Assembly (NCBI GenBank): GCA_043800705.1
Contig: JAZDMS010000010.1
Coordinates: 2,570-66,569, forward strand
Length of the DNA stretch: 64,000 bases
Direction of reading: 5' to 3'
Origin: Candidatus Altiarchaeota archaeon
GTDB lineage: Archaea; Altiarchaeota; Altiarchaeia; IMC4; SCGC-AAA252-I15
The notes below the pieces were generated by a model, which saw only the letters and a program-made list of their open reading frames with translations, had not been told where the DNA came from and searched no databases. Below, in pieces: positions 55,284 through 64,000 of this stretch; the first letter of the stretch is position 1; each line of letters starts with the position of its first letter. Made by a program: the position numbers and the translations under genes.

Positions 55284-55822
55284 AGCCAAATTCGGATCAA
55301 GGGCAGATGTTCAGCGGCGAGTTCATCCTCGGATTCATCCTGTTTGCCGTTGCGTTCGCCATGATGATCTCCCTCTGGGACACGACGACACGGGACGTCC
55401 TGCGGGCCGAAAGCATCAGGGAGATGAACGACGCAGCAGTCAACGCAGCGGAGACGCTCGTCAGGACGCCGGGCGTGCCTTCGGATTGGAACCGGTCGAA
55501 TGTCGCCTCCCTCGGCCTGGCCAACCAAAGCAGGATACTACACCCACTGAAGGTGAAGGAATTCGTCCATTACATGAGCACGAACGAGACCGGCCTCTGC
55601 GGCTCCGAGAAAAACTATCAATGCAACCTGCATATGCTCGGCCTCGGCGGATACGATTTCATGATGAACATATCGTACGTCAACGGGACGACCGTGAACG
55701 TGAACGGGACGCCCGCCTACGTCGGCCGCCCGCCCGTCAACGAGACCGAGCGGATCACGGTGCTTCGGACGACGATATTAAACGATGAAATAACAAGACT
55801 ATACCTGACGGTGTGGAAATGA
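55280..55822 (+). CDS. Type IV pilin-like protein with a class III signal peptide
   Basis: DQG|QMFSGEFILGFILFAVAFAMMISL. ATGA-coupled to the upstream gene. Confidence 0.55.
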   Translation: MKPNSDQGQMFSGEFILGFILFAVAFAMMISLWDTTTRDVLRAESIREMNDAAVNAAETLVRTPGVPSDWNRSNVASLGLANQSRILHPLKVKEFVHYMSTNETGLCGSEKNYQCNLHMLGLGGYDFMMNISYVNGTTVNVNGTPAYVGRPPVNETERITVLRTTILNDEITRLYLTVWK

Positions 55823-58800
55823 AAAGGGGGTATGCCATTATCCTGGACGCCGTGGTGGCGCTGACCTTCGTCCTGGTTATCATGGCGTCATTTCTCGGGA
55901 TCGTAAAGACGTCGTCAATCGTCTCCGAATCCAGCATGGTGCGGCTCCACTACGTATCCGAGGACGCGCTGGACGTGCTGAACAAGAAGGGCGTCCTAGA
56001 CTATGTCGGCGAGGAGTGGGCTGCGGCGGACGGCAACCGATCGAGCGGCCATTTCGCGAACGCCAACCTAACGTTATCGTCCTACCTGGAGCGCATCCTC
56101 CCCCCCAACGTCGGCTACCGGATCACGATAGACGACGATGTCGTCGCGGAGAACATCAGCCGGATCCCCCTGGATTCGTCGACTTCCCTGACCCACTCCA
56201 CCCGCCTGCTCGTCGGATACGGCAAAGGCCTTCCAACCCGGGGGAACGTCGCCAGGGCGGCATTGAACAACATCAAGGAGAAGGAAACCTCATCGTATAC
56301 GTACTTCGGGGGCTTCGTGGGGGAGGGCAATATAACAGTCTACGTCCGCGACATACCAGCAGACGCTGACATACTCAGCTGCTGCCTTGAGGTGAACACG
56401 CCATCGGACTACGACCTGTACATCAACGACCAGCTCGCAGGATCTTTCTCCCCCGTTTCATCGAGCGACATGTCTGCTACATTGAGGGACCGCTCCCAGA
56501 CCGGATGTCCCGTGCCTTCCGGCACCGGCAGCGGCTGCGTTGCGGGATGCTCACCCCTCATCTCCCCCGGCGAGGACAACGAGTTCGAGATCAGGTTTAC
56601 TGGCTCCGACATCAGCGAACAGTACGTCGGAGGGGGATACATCCACGTCCTGTACAACACAAACACCATGGACACCGACGAGGCTGTGAAGATGTCGAGG
56701 TACTATTTCCCGGGAATCGACGGCATCATCAACCTCTACGACTCCTTCTACGTGCCAGGGAGGCTTCAGTCCATGGATGCTAGGATACGGTACAAGAGCA
56801 ACTACTCCACATTCCTGGACATCGGCGACATCACCGTATTCAACTCAAGCGGAGGGGACCCCGACTGGCAGGAGGTCAACATATCCGACAGCAACTTCTT
56901 GACCATGGGGTTCATCTACTCGTCCGGCGGATTCCCCCAGGACCTGACATCGCTGAGCATGAACACCGTGCCGCTGAGGTTCGGCTCCAAGAACATCAGC
57001 CAGGTCATAGCGTCGGGGAACGCCGACGTCGTACTGATAACCGACGTCTCCGGCAGCATGGCCTGGCGCATCGGATACACGGACAGCACTTCGGGCACGA
57101 CCCGCGACTGCAACAGCCCGAACCTTTACGACGCCGACACCAGACGGATCAGCCTCGCGAAATGCCTCGACAAGCAGTTCATCAACACCGTCATGAACAG
57201 GAGCGGCAACAGGATGGCGCTCATATCCTTCGACGACCTCGCGGAAGCCGACGGCAGAAACCCGTACCACCTGACCGACGCGCAGAACAACGCGAGCCTC
57301 ATCGCCCAGATAAACAGCTACTCCAACAGCCCCTCCGGGGGGACATGCATATGCTGCGCCATAAATCTGGCATACGAAATCCTGCAGGCCGAACGCGACC
57401 CCGGAAAGGACGCATACATCATCGTCATGACCGACGGCATCGCGGGGAAGAACTGCGGCGGGTGCAGCTACGGCAGGGGCCCGATATTCACATCGAGCTT
57501 CGAGGACGCATCGGAAGCGTCAAGCTGGATGGTTGACCCTGTCAGGACGACGGCGTCCACGGGCTATTATTTCGGCATGTCCGACAACGGCTCAATCGGC
57601 GCGCATACGGGGGACAGCTACCTCGGAATCTGGGGCAACTTCACGGGATATCTCGTCCTAAACAGGACCAAGATCGACATATCCAACTATACCGACGTAA
57701 ATGTGAGCGTCTGGTACAGCTACGAGAGCACGGAATCGACCGACCGGTTGGCGTTCCTGTACTGGAACGGGACGCGCTGGAGGACGGTCTTCAACATAAC
57801 GAACCCAAACATCGGCAACGGGAACCAGGCCGCATGGCGCAACGCCTGGGCCCTCATCCCCTCGACCGTCGAGAACCTGACCCTCCAGTTCATGGGCAGG
57901 ACCGACAACACCTCCGAGAGGGAGCATGTGATGATAGACGACCTAGAGGTTCAGGGGCACGGCCTGTACACATGCGACAGCTGCGGCGGCAATTGCTCGA
58001 GCAAGACGGGGACGGACAGCTGCGGCGGAAACCCGTCGGACTGCTACAACAACGCATGCTATCCCGCCATATACGACACCATATGCTCCGCCAAGCGGGC
58101 GCACAACGACCTCGGCGCGGAGATCCGGTCAATCGGCTTCGGCCCAGCGACGGTGGGATGCCTGACCGCGGAAACCACGCTAATGGGCGTCGCAACATGC
58201 GGCGAGGGCGATTACTGCCCCGGCGGGAACGCCACAGCCGCGGCGTCATGCTATCTGAACTTCTCCACCCAGATATTTGACTCCTCAACGAGGAGCCAGT
58301 CCATCGTGTTCGGCGGCGCCTTCGAGGAGAGCGTCCTGGACCCGATCTCCTACATAGAGTTCACATTCGAGCCGGAGAACAGGTCCTCATACGGGGAAGT
58401 GTCGCTCAAGCGCTCCACATGCAGGTTCGCAGATACCGTCTCCTGCACCGGTGACATCGCAGTCCCGTCAGGGGCCGTCGTCTCGGACGCCAAGGTCACC
58501 TCATACTCCGGCCCCCAATGGACGGATTACGTGACCCTCGCATCGAGCGGCTCCCCCGACACGGTATACAACCTCGGAGCATGGGGCTCGGGATATCAGG
58601 TTCTCGGCGACCCTTTTATCGTCAACATCCCGGTCGAATACGTGGAATCCGACGTCAACAACGAGATATACGTGCGGACAGGCAACAGCTCAAGCTCCCC
58701 TACGGGATGCTCTCCCGACGACAAGGCGATATACACCCTCCGGATGCACACGATGGCGGGATACGGGGACGTCTTCCAGGACAACATCGGCTGCAACTGG

Positions 58801-59079
58801 ACGATACAGTTCGAGGACGACACATCGTTCACCTCCCCGCTGCCGTCGTCCTACAACGGCTCGGAATCATGCTACTTCACGAACGCCAGCATAGACTACG
58901 CCGACGACGACGCGATGAACGACGCCATCTACCGACTTCTCGTCCAGCTCGACCTGGACCGCAACGGGAAGGTCGACCTCCTCTTCGACCCGGCGATGAT
59001 AGAATTCGAACTCAGCCAGGCCAGCGGGATACAGTCCCTTTGGGGGCCGGCGAAATTCAAGCTCATAGTGTGGATGTGA
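55813..59079 (+). CDS. Large secreted adhesin-like protein: a pilin-like N-terminal anchor, a von Willebrand factor A domain with MIDAS motif, and lectin/MAM-like jellyroll domain(s)
   Basis: VLITDVSGSM...IIVMTDG (DxSxS...T...D). The N-terminus is KRGYAIILDAVVALTFVLVIM. There is a WxxxDDLEV-type jellyroll region. Its start overlaps the upstream pilin gene. Confidence 0.7.
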   Translation: MEMKRGYAIILDAVVALTFVLVIMASFLGIVKTSSIVSESSMVRLHYVSEDALDVLNKKGVLDYVGEEWAAADGNRSSGHFANANLTLSSYLERILPPNVGYRITIDDDVVAENISRIPLDSSTSLTHSTRLLVGYGKGLPTRGNVARAALNNIKEKETSSYTYFGGFVGEGNITVYVRDIPADADILSCCLEVNTPSDYDLYINDQLAGSFSPVSSSDMSATLRDRSQTGCPVPSGTGSGCVAGCSPLISPGEDNEFEIRFTGSDISEQYVGGGYIHVLYNTNTMDTDEAVKMSRYYFPGIDGIINLYDSFYVPGRLQSMDARIRYKSNYSTFLDIGDITVFNSSGGDPDWQEVNISDSNFLTMGFIYSSGGFPQDLTSLSMNTVPLRFGSKNISQVIASGNADVVLITDVSGSMAWRIGYTDSTSGTTRDCNSPNLYDADTRRISLAKCLDKQFINTVMNRSGNRMALISFDDLAEADGRNPYHLTDAQNNASLIAQINSYSNSPSGGTCICCAINLAYEILQAERDPGKDAYIIVMTDGIAGKNCGGCSYGRGPIFTSSFEDASEASSWMVDPVRTTASTGYYFGMSDNGSIGAHTGDSYLGIWGNFTGYLVLNRTKIDISNYTDVNVSVWYSYESTESTDRLAFLYWNGTRWRTVFNITNPNIGNGNQAAWRNAWALIPSTVENLTLQFMGRTDNTSEREHVMIDDLEVQGHGLYTCDSCGGNCSSKTGTDSCGGNPSDCYNNACYPAIYDTICSAKRAHNDLGAEIRSIGFGPATVGCLTAETTLMGVATCGEGDYCPGGNATAAASCYLNFSTQIFDSSTRSQSIVFGGAFEESVLDPISYIEFTFEPENRSSYGEVSLKRSTCRFADTVSCTGDIAVPSGAVVSDAKVTSYSGPQWTDYVTLASSGSPDTVYNLGAWGSGYQVLGDPFIVNIPVEYVESDVNNEIYVRTGNSSSSPTGCSPDDKAIYTLRMHTMAGYGDVFQDNIGCNWTIQFEDDTSFTSPLPSSYNGSESCYFTNASIDYADDDAMNDAIYRLLVQLDLDRNGKVDLLFDPAMIEFELSQASGIQSLWGPAKFKLIVWM

Positions 59080-59084
59080 TATAT

Positions 59085-61733
59085 ATGAAACGGAAAGGGA
59101 TGTTTTTCACGATATCGATAGTCCTGCTGGTAGTCCCGCTCATACTCTTCGTCGCATACTACTACACGTCCACGCAGACCAAGGTCCAGGACACGATATC
59201 AAAGGTCCGCTGCGACGAACTCCACTACTTCGTCGAAGACGTCAGGGAGGACATGGAACGGGCGCTCGTCATATTCGGCCGCAGGGCAGCCATCTATGCC
59301 CTAAGCGATGTCGTGGAAAAGGGCAGCTCCCTTGGCGGGTACGTCTTCAACTGCACCTCCACCTGCCGACTCGACTGCTCGAAGTTCGCCTTCGCAGTCA
59401 ACGGATCGGAGGCGGCGATCGCGGAGCTCTCCGTCTGCGGCACCCTCTACGGCAGGAACGTCTCGTACATGGCCAACCACACCCTCTCCCAGTGGATAAC
59501 CCGCATCGAAACCCACGGCTCGGACATGCACTTCAACGTCAGCATAGACCTGAAGAGCGTCGAGCTGGCGATGAGCGACCCGTGGACCTTCCACTCGTTC
59601 ACCAACAGCACGTTCAAGGTATACGACGAGGCCAAAGTCTGCTACTTTGTCGGCGACAGCGTGACGACGTCGTCGGCTACGTCCATCCTCGGCCTCGAAG
59701 ACCCCCTCTTCCCGCTTTACACAGGCGGCCAGATGGACAAATACATGCTGAATTGCACCGTCCCGATCATCCTCCAGCTCAAGGCCGGATGCAGCGCTGA
59801 CCCCGATTCGCCGGGCAACGGGACCGCCTCCGGCTACGTCGTCTTCGACTCCGATATCGGGGACGCTGACACATACTGCCAGAACACCCCCGGCATCAAT
59901 GGCCAGATCCTCGTCCTGGACGGCGGCTTCGGCAGCTGCAACGCATACGAGGGCGACTGCTTCAACGCAAGCAGCCCCAACCACTTCGCAGGCGTCTTGG
60001 ATTACGGGCCCAACAATCCTCAGAGCTTCATCAACAAATGCGATGTCACCATACCATGGCTCATGGACACCGGAGACATAGACGACGAGGCTCCAAGGAG
60101 CCCGCCAAGGAGGGTGCCGTCATGCGCCGGCGGCGACATAGCGGACGGCGAATGCATACAGCTGAGGAACAGCGGCCTTTGCGGCATACACGACATCCTG
60201 CTGGGGTGCCCGTCCGACAGGGTCAACACCACCTGCTACCAGGCAAGCAACGCAAGCCTCATGGGCGGCTTCGACGGGCCGAGCTTCTTCGACAGGCTCG
60301 ACGGGAGCCTTAGACTTGGAGAAAAATACCTCAACCAGAGCATGCTACATTTCAACACGACCCTGATAGGCGTCGAGACGCTCGTCAACCCCTACGTCCT
60401 CGACGACCACGACGTCAAGGTGAAATCAAACGCATCCTGGGTCGACTACCTTTACTGGAACGGAACGTACGGCTGCGCTGCCATCGGCACCTGCTCACTC
60501 GACGAATACAACTTCCGCTTCGACGACCCGCACGCGAGCATATACTCCGTAGACACCTCATGCGTGAACGTCACCGGCTGCGGAATATCGGAATCCTGCG
60601 TGGACGACGTCGACGAGGACCTCGACGGCCTGCCGGACTGGCTCGACCCATCATGCGCCGGCAGCTTCGCGGAATGCGGGACCATAATATCGTGCGACCC
60701 GACCGACAGCGACTACTGCGGGACATGCGACTACCAAAGCCCCAAGCCGATAGCGGAAAACACCCAGGCAACGTGCCTCAACTACGGATACAACGACACC
60801 GAATGGCACTTCTACTCGGTGACGCCGACCCAGGACGGCCTCTTAACCGTGAGATTCAACGGCACAGCCACCCCGACCGGGAACAAGAAAACAGACATGG
60901 TCGTATACAACTACACCGAAAGGGGCTGTTCGATCCCGGTCGAGCACGATTTCGACATGGAACGCAACTACGAGAATGCATTCTGCGTCGGCGCAGGCCA
61001 GACGTACGTCGTCGCCCTCGACTCGGACAGCGTATACGGCGAAAACGGCGCATACAACCTCTCCGTAACGCTGACGCCTGGCAGCCCCTCATGCCCCGCC
61101 GCTCCCTCGACCATGGAGTCGACATCCTCATCGTCGATCGCCGGCTCGTCGTCCTACTCCTCCAGCAGCATATTCAGCACCTCAAGCTACAGCTCAAGCT
61201 CCGCCAGCAGCTCAAGCAGCGTGCCATGCGGCTTCTTCGACGACATGGAAGACTCAGACAACGGCTGGACCCACGACGGAGCCAACGAGGACTGGGAGCG
61301 CGGAACCCCAACATGGCTGTCGGCAGACGGCAAATACGCATACTCCGGGACAGACTGCTGGGCCACAAACCTCAACGGCAACTACGCCAACAACATGAAC
61401 GGGACCCTCCTAAGCCCCCCCATATACATCCCCGCATCATCCTCCCCCCTCCTCCTGTTCCACGTCAAATACAGCATAGAATACTACAACTCCGGAACCG
61501 GGAAGGGGGACCGCGGATTCGTGGAAGCATCGTCTGACGGGATCAACTGGGACCGGCTGGGCGTCTACTCCAACACCGTATCCGACCAGTCACAGAACGG
61601 CTGGATACAGAAAACATACTCCCTCGACCCCTACCGGGGGGGCAATGTCCGGTTACGATACCGGCTCAGGTCCGACGGGAATATACGCCGAGCCGGCCTC
61701 TACATAGATGACGTAAACGTCACCTGCTCATAG
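59085..61733 (+). CDS. Large Cys-rich secreted protein with a Ser-rich linker and a C-terminal MAM/choice-of-anchor-J-like jellyroll domain
   Basis: The start is taken at MKRKGMFFTISIVLL; the upstream part of the listed ORF is a shadow frame of the preceding gene. About 50 Cys. Poly-Ser linker, then ...DCWATN...LLSPPIYI...RLRY...YIDDVNVTC. Confidence 0.6.
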   Translation: MKRKGMFFTISIVLLVVPLILFVAYYYTSTQTKVQDTISKVRCDELHYFVEDVREDMERALVIFGRRAAIYALSDVVEKGSSLGGYVFNCTSTCRLDCSKFAFAVNGSEAAIAELSVCGTLYGRNVSYMANHTLSQWITRIETHGSDMHFNVSIDLKSVELAMSDPWTFHSFTNSTFKVYDEAKVCYFVGDSVTTSSATSILGLEDPLFPLYTGGQMDKYMLNCTVPIILQLKAGCSADPDSPGNGTASGYVVFDSDIGDADTYCQNTPGINGQILVLDGGFGSCNAYEGDCFNASSPNHFAGVLDYGPNNPQSFINKCDVTIPWLMDTGDIDDEAPRSPPRRVPSCAGGDIADGECIQLRNSGLCGIHDILLGCPSDRVNTTCYQASNASLMGGFDGPSFFDRLDGSLRLGEKYLNQSMLHFNTTLIGVETLVNPYVLDDHDVKVKSNASWVDYLYWNGTYGCAAIGTCSLDEYNFRFDDPHASIYSVDTSCVNVTGCGISESCVDDVDEDLDGLPDWLDPSCAGSFAECGTIISCDPTDSDYCGTCDYQSPKPIAENTQATCLNYGYNDTEWHFYSVTPTQDGLLTVRFNGTATPTGNKKTDMVVYNYTERGCSIPVEHDFDMERNYENAFCVGAGQTYVVALDSDSVYGENGAYNLSVTLTPGSPSCPAAPSTMESTSSSSIAGSSSYSSSSIFSTSSYSSSSASSSSSVPCGFFDDMEDSDNGWTHDGANEDWERGTPTWLSADGKYAYSGTDCWATNLNGNYANNMNGTLLSPPIYIPASSSPLLLFHVKYSIEYYNSGTGKGDRGFVEASSDGINWDRLGVYSNTVSDQSQNGWIQKTYSLDPYRGGNVRLRYRLRSDGNIRRAGLYIDDVNVTCS

Positions 61734-61777
61734 TACTCGGATTTTAACCCGTCCGGGTAATCATTAAACTCCTTAGG

Positions 61778-63319
61778 ATGACAGAAATCAAGGCCAGACT
61801 TCTGGGGGGTGTACAGGAAAAAAAGAAGACCGGCGCCGAGAGGCTAAAGTCTATCCTGGAGGAGATAAAAACCAGAGGCACCGTCACGGAAAGCGAACTT
61901 GCCAAAGCCACAGAAATTGACAAGGCCGCCCTGAAAAAATACATCAAATACCTCAGCGACAACGGCCTGATAACCATACAACGGCGGTTCTTCAGGGCGG
62001 CTGAAATATCCGCCGCCGGGGGCAGAACCATGAAAACCCCCCCAAAACAGGAGGAACGCCCCCCGGAACCCTCCACGGAGGAAACAGCCGCAGAAGAACC
62101 CGACAGGGAGGAAAAACCTCCGCCTGCCCCGCCACAAAAAACGGGGGAAAATCAGGCACCTGCATCTGAGCCATTGCCTGAAAAGGAGCCGCCCGCCGAA
62201 CAGCCCCCCAAGGAGACGGAATCCCAGAAAACCGACCTGGAACCGAAAAGCCCCCCGATACAGGGAGGCGAGAAGGTCATACCCGCCACCGAAGCCGAAC
62301 TGAAGGAAGTGTGCGAGAGCCTCGTAACCGACTTCTTAGGCGTCATACGCCTCTTCGGAGAGATCCAGGGCAAATCGTACACCGCAGGCCTGCTCATAGA
62401 CAAGGGAGACATCATAGCATCCTCATTCGAGCACATGGACACGGTCGAGATCCTCTACGGAGACGAAGCCCTCAGACAGATGCAGGAGAAATTCTGCGGC
62501 ACCAGGGGAGACCTCGAGATCTACGAGCTGTCCGAGGAAGACCTCAACGAGTCCCTCATCAAGAACATCAACTACCTCCTCACCACCCCGATAAAGCTCT
62601 CGACCCTAAAGATAAAGATAAAGACGACAACCCCCCCTCCCGAGGAGAGACGATACATGTTCTCGAACCTCGCGTGCATGTTCAACCGCCCGGACCCCAA
62701 AGCCAAGGAAGAAAGGATGACGGTGCTGAAGGAGATGAAAAAGCGGAGGGTCGAGAAACTCAGCGGAGGACTCAACCTCGTCGACTTCGCAAGAAACCTC
62801 GTATTCGACCCTGCGAAGGCGAAACGGTTCGAGGAGCTGAGAAAGGCCATGCAGAAGACCGCGCCGGAACAAGGCCGCGAAGACCCCCGCAAGGCCGCAA
62901 GGTTCGAGGAATTGAAAAACCAGCGGATGCTGCTTAAGGGCATCATCCCCCAGCAGGGCGGTCCCATGTCCAAGGAAGAACGGATCGAAAAATTCAAACA
63001 GGAGCACAAACCAATACAGGCCCTGCCGGAGAAGCTGGACAAGATCCCTGTAAAAGCCGTCAAGGAGGGGAAAAAGATAGAGACGAACATCGACAGATTC
63101 TACGATTACGTCAAAAGCAATGGCAAGCTGAAGCTCAACGACGCACTGTCGCTAAAATTGAAGGTCAGCAAGACCCAGCTCGAAGCCTGGGCGATGATAC
63201 TGGAGGAGCACAGCCTCCTGGAACTCCGATACCCGACGATCGGGGAGCCTGAAGTCGCATACAACGCCCCGGAAAAACCGGTAAAAACGGATGATGCAGA
63301 TGGCAGAAAAAAAAGATAA
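61778..63319 (+). CDS. wHTH-domain protein with a Pro/Glu-rich linker and a C-terminal helical domain
   Basis: TVTESELAKATEIDKAALKKYIKYLSDNGLI wHTH at the N-terminus; a second HTH-like segment near the C-terminus. Confidence 0.5.
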   Translation: MTEIKARLLGGVQEKKKTGAERLKSILEEIKTRGTVTESELAKATEIDKAALKKYIKYLSDNGLITIQRRFFRAAEISAAGGRTMKTPPKQEERPPEPSTEETAAEEPDREEKPPPAPPQKTGENQAPASEPLPEKEPPAEQPPKETESQKTDLEPKSPPIQGGEKVIPATEAELKEVCESLVTDFLGVIRLFGEIQGKSYTAGLLIDKGDIIASSFEHMDTVEILYGDEALRQMQEKFCGTRGDLEIYELSEEDLNESLIKNINYLLTTPIKLSTLKIKIKTTTPPPEERRYMFSNLACMFNRPDPKAKEERMTVLKEMKKRRVEKLSGGLNLVDFARNLVFDPAKAKRFEELRKAMQKTAPEQGREDPRKAARFEELKNQRMLLKGIIPQQGGPMSKEERIEKFKQEHKPIQALPEKLDKIPVKAVKEGKKIETNIDRFYDYVKSNGKLKLNDALSLKLKVSKTQLEAWAMILEEHSLLELRYPTIGEPEVAYNAPEKPVKTDDADGRKKR

Positions 63320-64000
63320 GGAAGCGAAGGAGGCCGAAGTGCTGGACAGCTATGAGCTGGAGGCCGATGGGATAAAGACCCCCGTCCAGATAGTAATGAA
63401 GGACTTCGTCCCCCATTACAAGCTCATACTCCCCGAACTCGACGTCGCTACGATCGCGCTCATGGACGACATAAAGGACCGGCTCATATCCGGGGTTGAG
63501 ATGAGCACCAGCGAAATACTCGACCCCAAACAGCTCGGCCAGCTGACGAAGGAATTCTCTAACAGCGCCGACACCATCATAAACGAGGAACTGGGCAGCC
63601 TCAACGAAGACGTCAAAAAACACCTGGTCCACCGCATGCTCCACGAGCTCCTAGGACTCGACGAGATAGAATACTTCCTCTCCGACCCCAACCTCGAAGA
63701 GATCATCGTAAACTCCGCGTCGGAGCCGATAAGGGTCTACCACAAGAAGTGGGGCTGGCTCCTGACCAACATCACCCCTGTCAGCGAGATGCGGATACAG
63801 AACTACGCCAACACGATAGCGCGGCGCGTAGGGCGGGAAATAACGACATTGAACCCCCTCCTGGACGCCCACCTTGTCAGCAAGGACAGGGCGAACGCGA
63901 TACTCACGCCGATCGCCACCAAGGGAAACACCATCACCATCAGGAAATTCGCCCGCGACCCCTGGACAGCGACGGACTTCATTAACTCAGGCACCGCGTC
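63300..64000 (+). CDS. Type IV pilus/archaellum-family secretion ATPase (FlaI/ArlI/PilB-like), N-terminal part, 3'-truncated by the window end
   Basis: The ORF is open to the window end. EPIRVYHKKWGWLLTNI...DRANAILTPIATKGNTITIRKFARDPW aligns with the FlaI N-terminal domain (GHVYIVHKVFGPMRTSI...GSNLTVRKFSRVP). Confidence 0.8.
   Translation, partial: MAEKKDKEAKEAEVLDSYELEADGIKTPVQIVMKDFVPHYKLILPELDVATIALMDDIKDRLISGVEMSTSEILDPKQLGQLTKEFSNSADTIINEELGSLNEDVKKHLVHRMLHELLGLDEIEYFLSDPNLEEIIVNSASEPIRVYHKKWGWLLTNITPVSEMRIQNYANTIARRVGREITTLNPLLDAHLVSKDRANAILTPIATKGNTITIRKFARDPWTATDFINSGTA

Noticed and set aside
58518-59084. N-terminal extension of the 1071-aa ORF ending at 61733
   Set aside because: The Arg-rich extension overlaps the 3' end of the VWA gene in another frame. 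The real start is the MKRKGMFF signal anchor at 59085.
60560-61537. 325-aa Arg-rich plus-strand ORF, and many similar ORFs such as 15730-16248, 35660-36451, 45623-46576, 37596-38522
   Set aside because: These are shadow frames inside well-supported genes on the same or opposite strand, with extreme Arg/Pro/Gly composition and no motifs.

Overview
This 64-kb, high-GC window is an archaeal chromosomal segment. Archaeal markers are TFIIB, TBP, Gar1, ribosomal protein L37e, an Sm protein, RNase P protein subunits p30 and p21, an FlaB-type archaellin and an Ech hydrogenase. Most of it is housekeeping and accessory metabolism. There is a long minus-strand arsenic-detoxification/methylation operon with embedded thiol-disulfide redox genes (ccdA, a membrane Trx-like protein, a thioredoxin, arsP, acr3, arsR, arsM, arsC). 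Other genes include a NikR-like regulator divergent from a ZIP transporter, SMC, MetRS, Dph6, ThyX, M42 and M24 peptidases, a NhaP-type antiporter and a complete echABCDEF operon. Three glycosyltransferase-like membrane proteins are present; one looks like a short AglB/STT3 with a degenerate WWDYG motif. The most interesting region is 54.5-64 kb. It holds a translationally coupled operon of two class-III-signal pilin-like proteins (Q at +1, E at +5), a 1088-aa protein with a VWA (MIDAS) domain, and an 882-aa Cys-rich protein with a C-terminal lectin/MAM-like jellyroll domain. These are followed by a wHTH protein and the 5' part of a FlaI/PilB-family secretion ATPase that runs off the window end. 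I read this as an archaeal type-IV-pilus-like adhesin system with a PilY1-like VWA tip-adhesin analogue. Second, a decayed, low-GC integrated island lies 3' of tRNA-Leu(TAA) with three partial copies of the tRNA 3' end; it carries VapBC, a Cys-rich secreted protein and a Zn-ribbon/nuclease-like protein. The island is flanked by a frameshifted radical-SAM/SPASM pseudogene and an orphan PqqD-like RiPP recognition protein. Third, tRNA-Val(GAC) is followed by two tandem ~89-bp units, each reproducing the tRNA 3' 17 nt plus a terminator-like hairpin. Other notable items are an 8-9-copy NUMOD3-repeat protein without a nuclease domain, a 1006-aa PQQ-propeller surface protein whose PQ-rich tail contains a near-perfect 99-bp tandem duplication, a tandem pair of KaiC/ArlH-like ATPases, and a thioredoxin coupled to a membrane protein with two GILT/DsbA-like domains. 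All calls rest on recognition of motifs in the supplied translations and nucleotide patterns; no searches were run.
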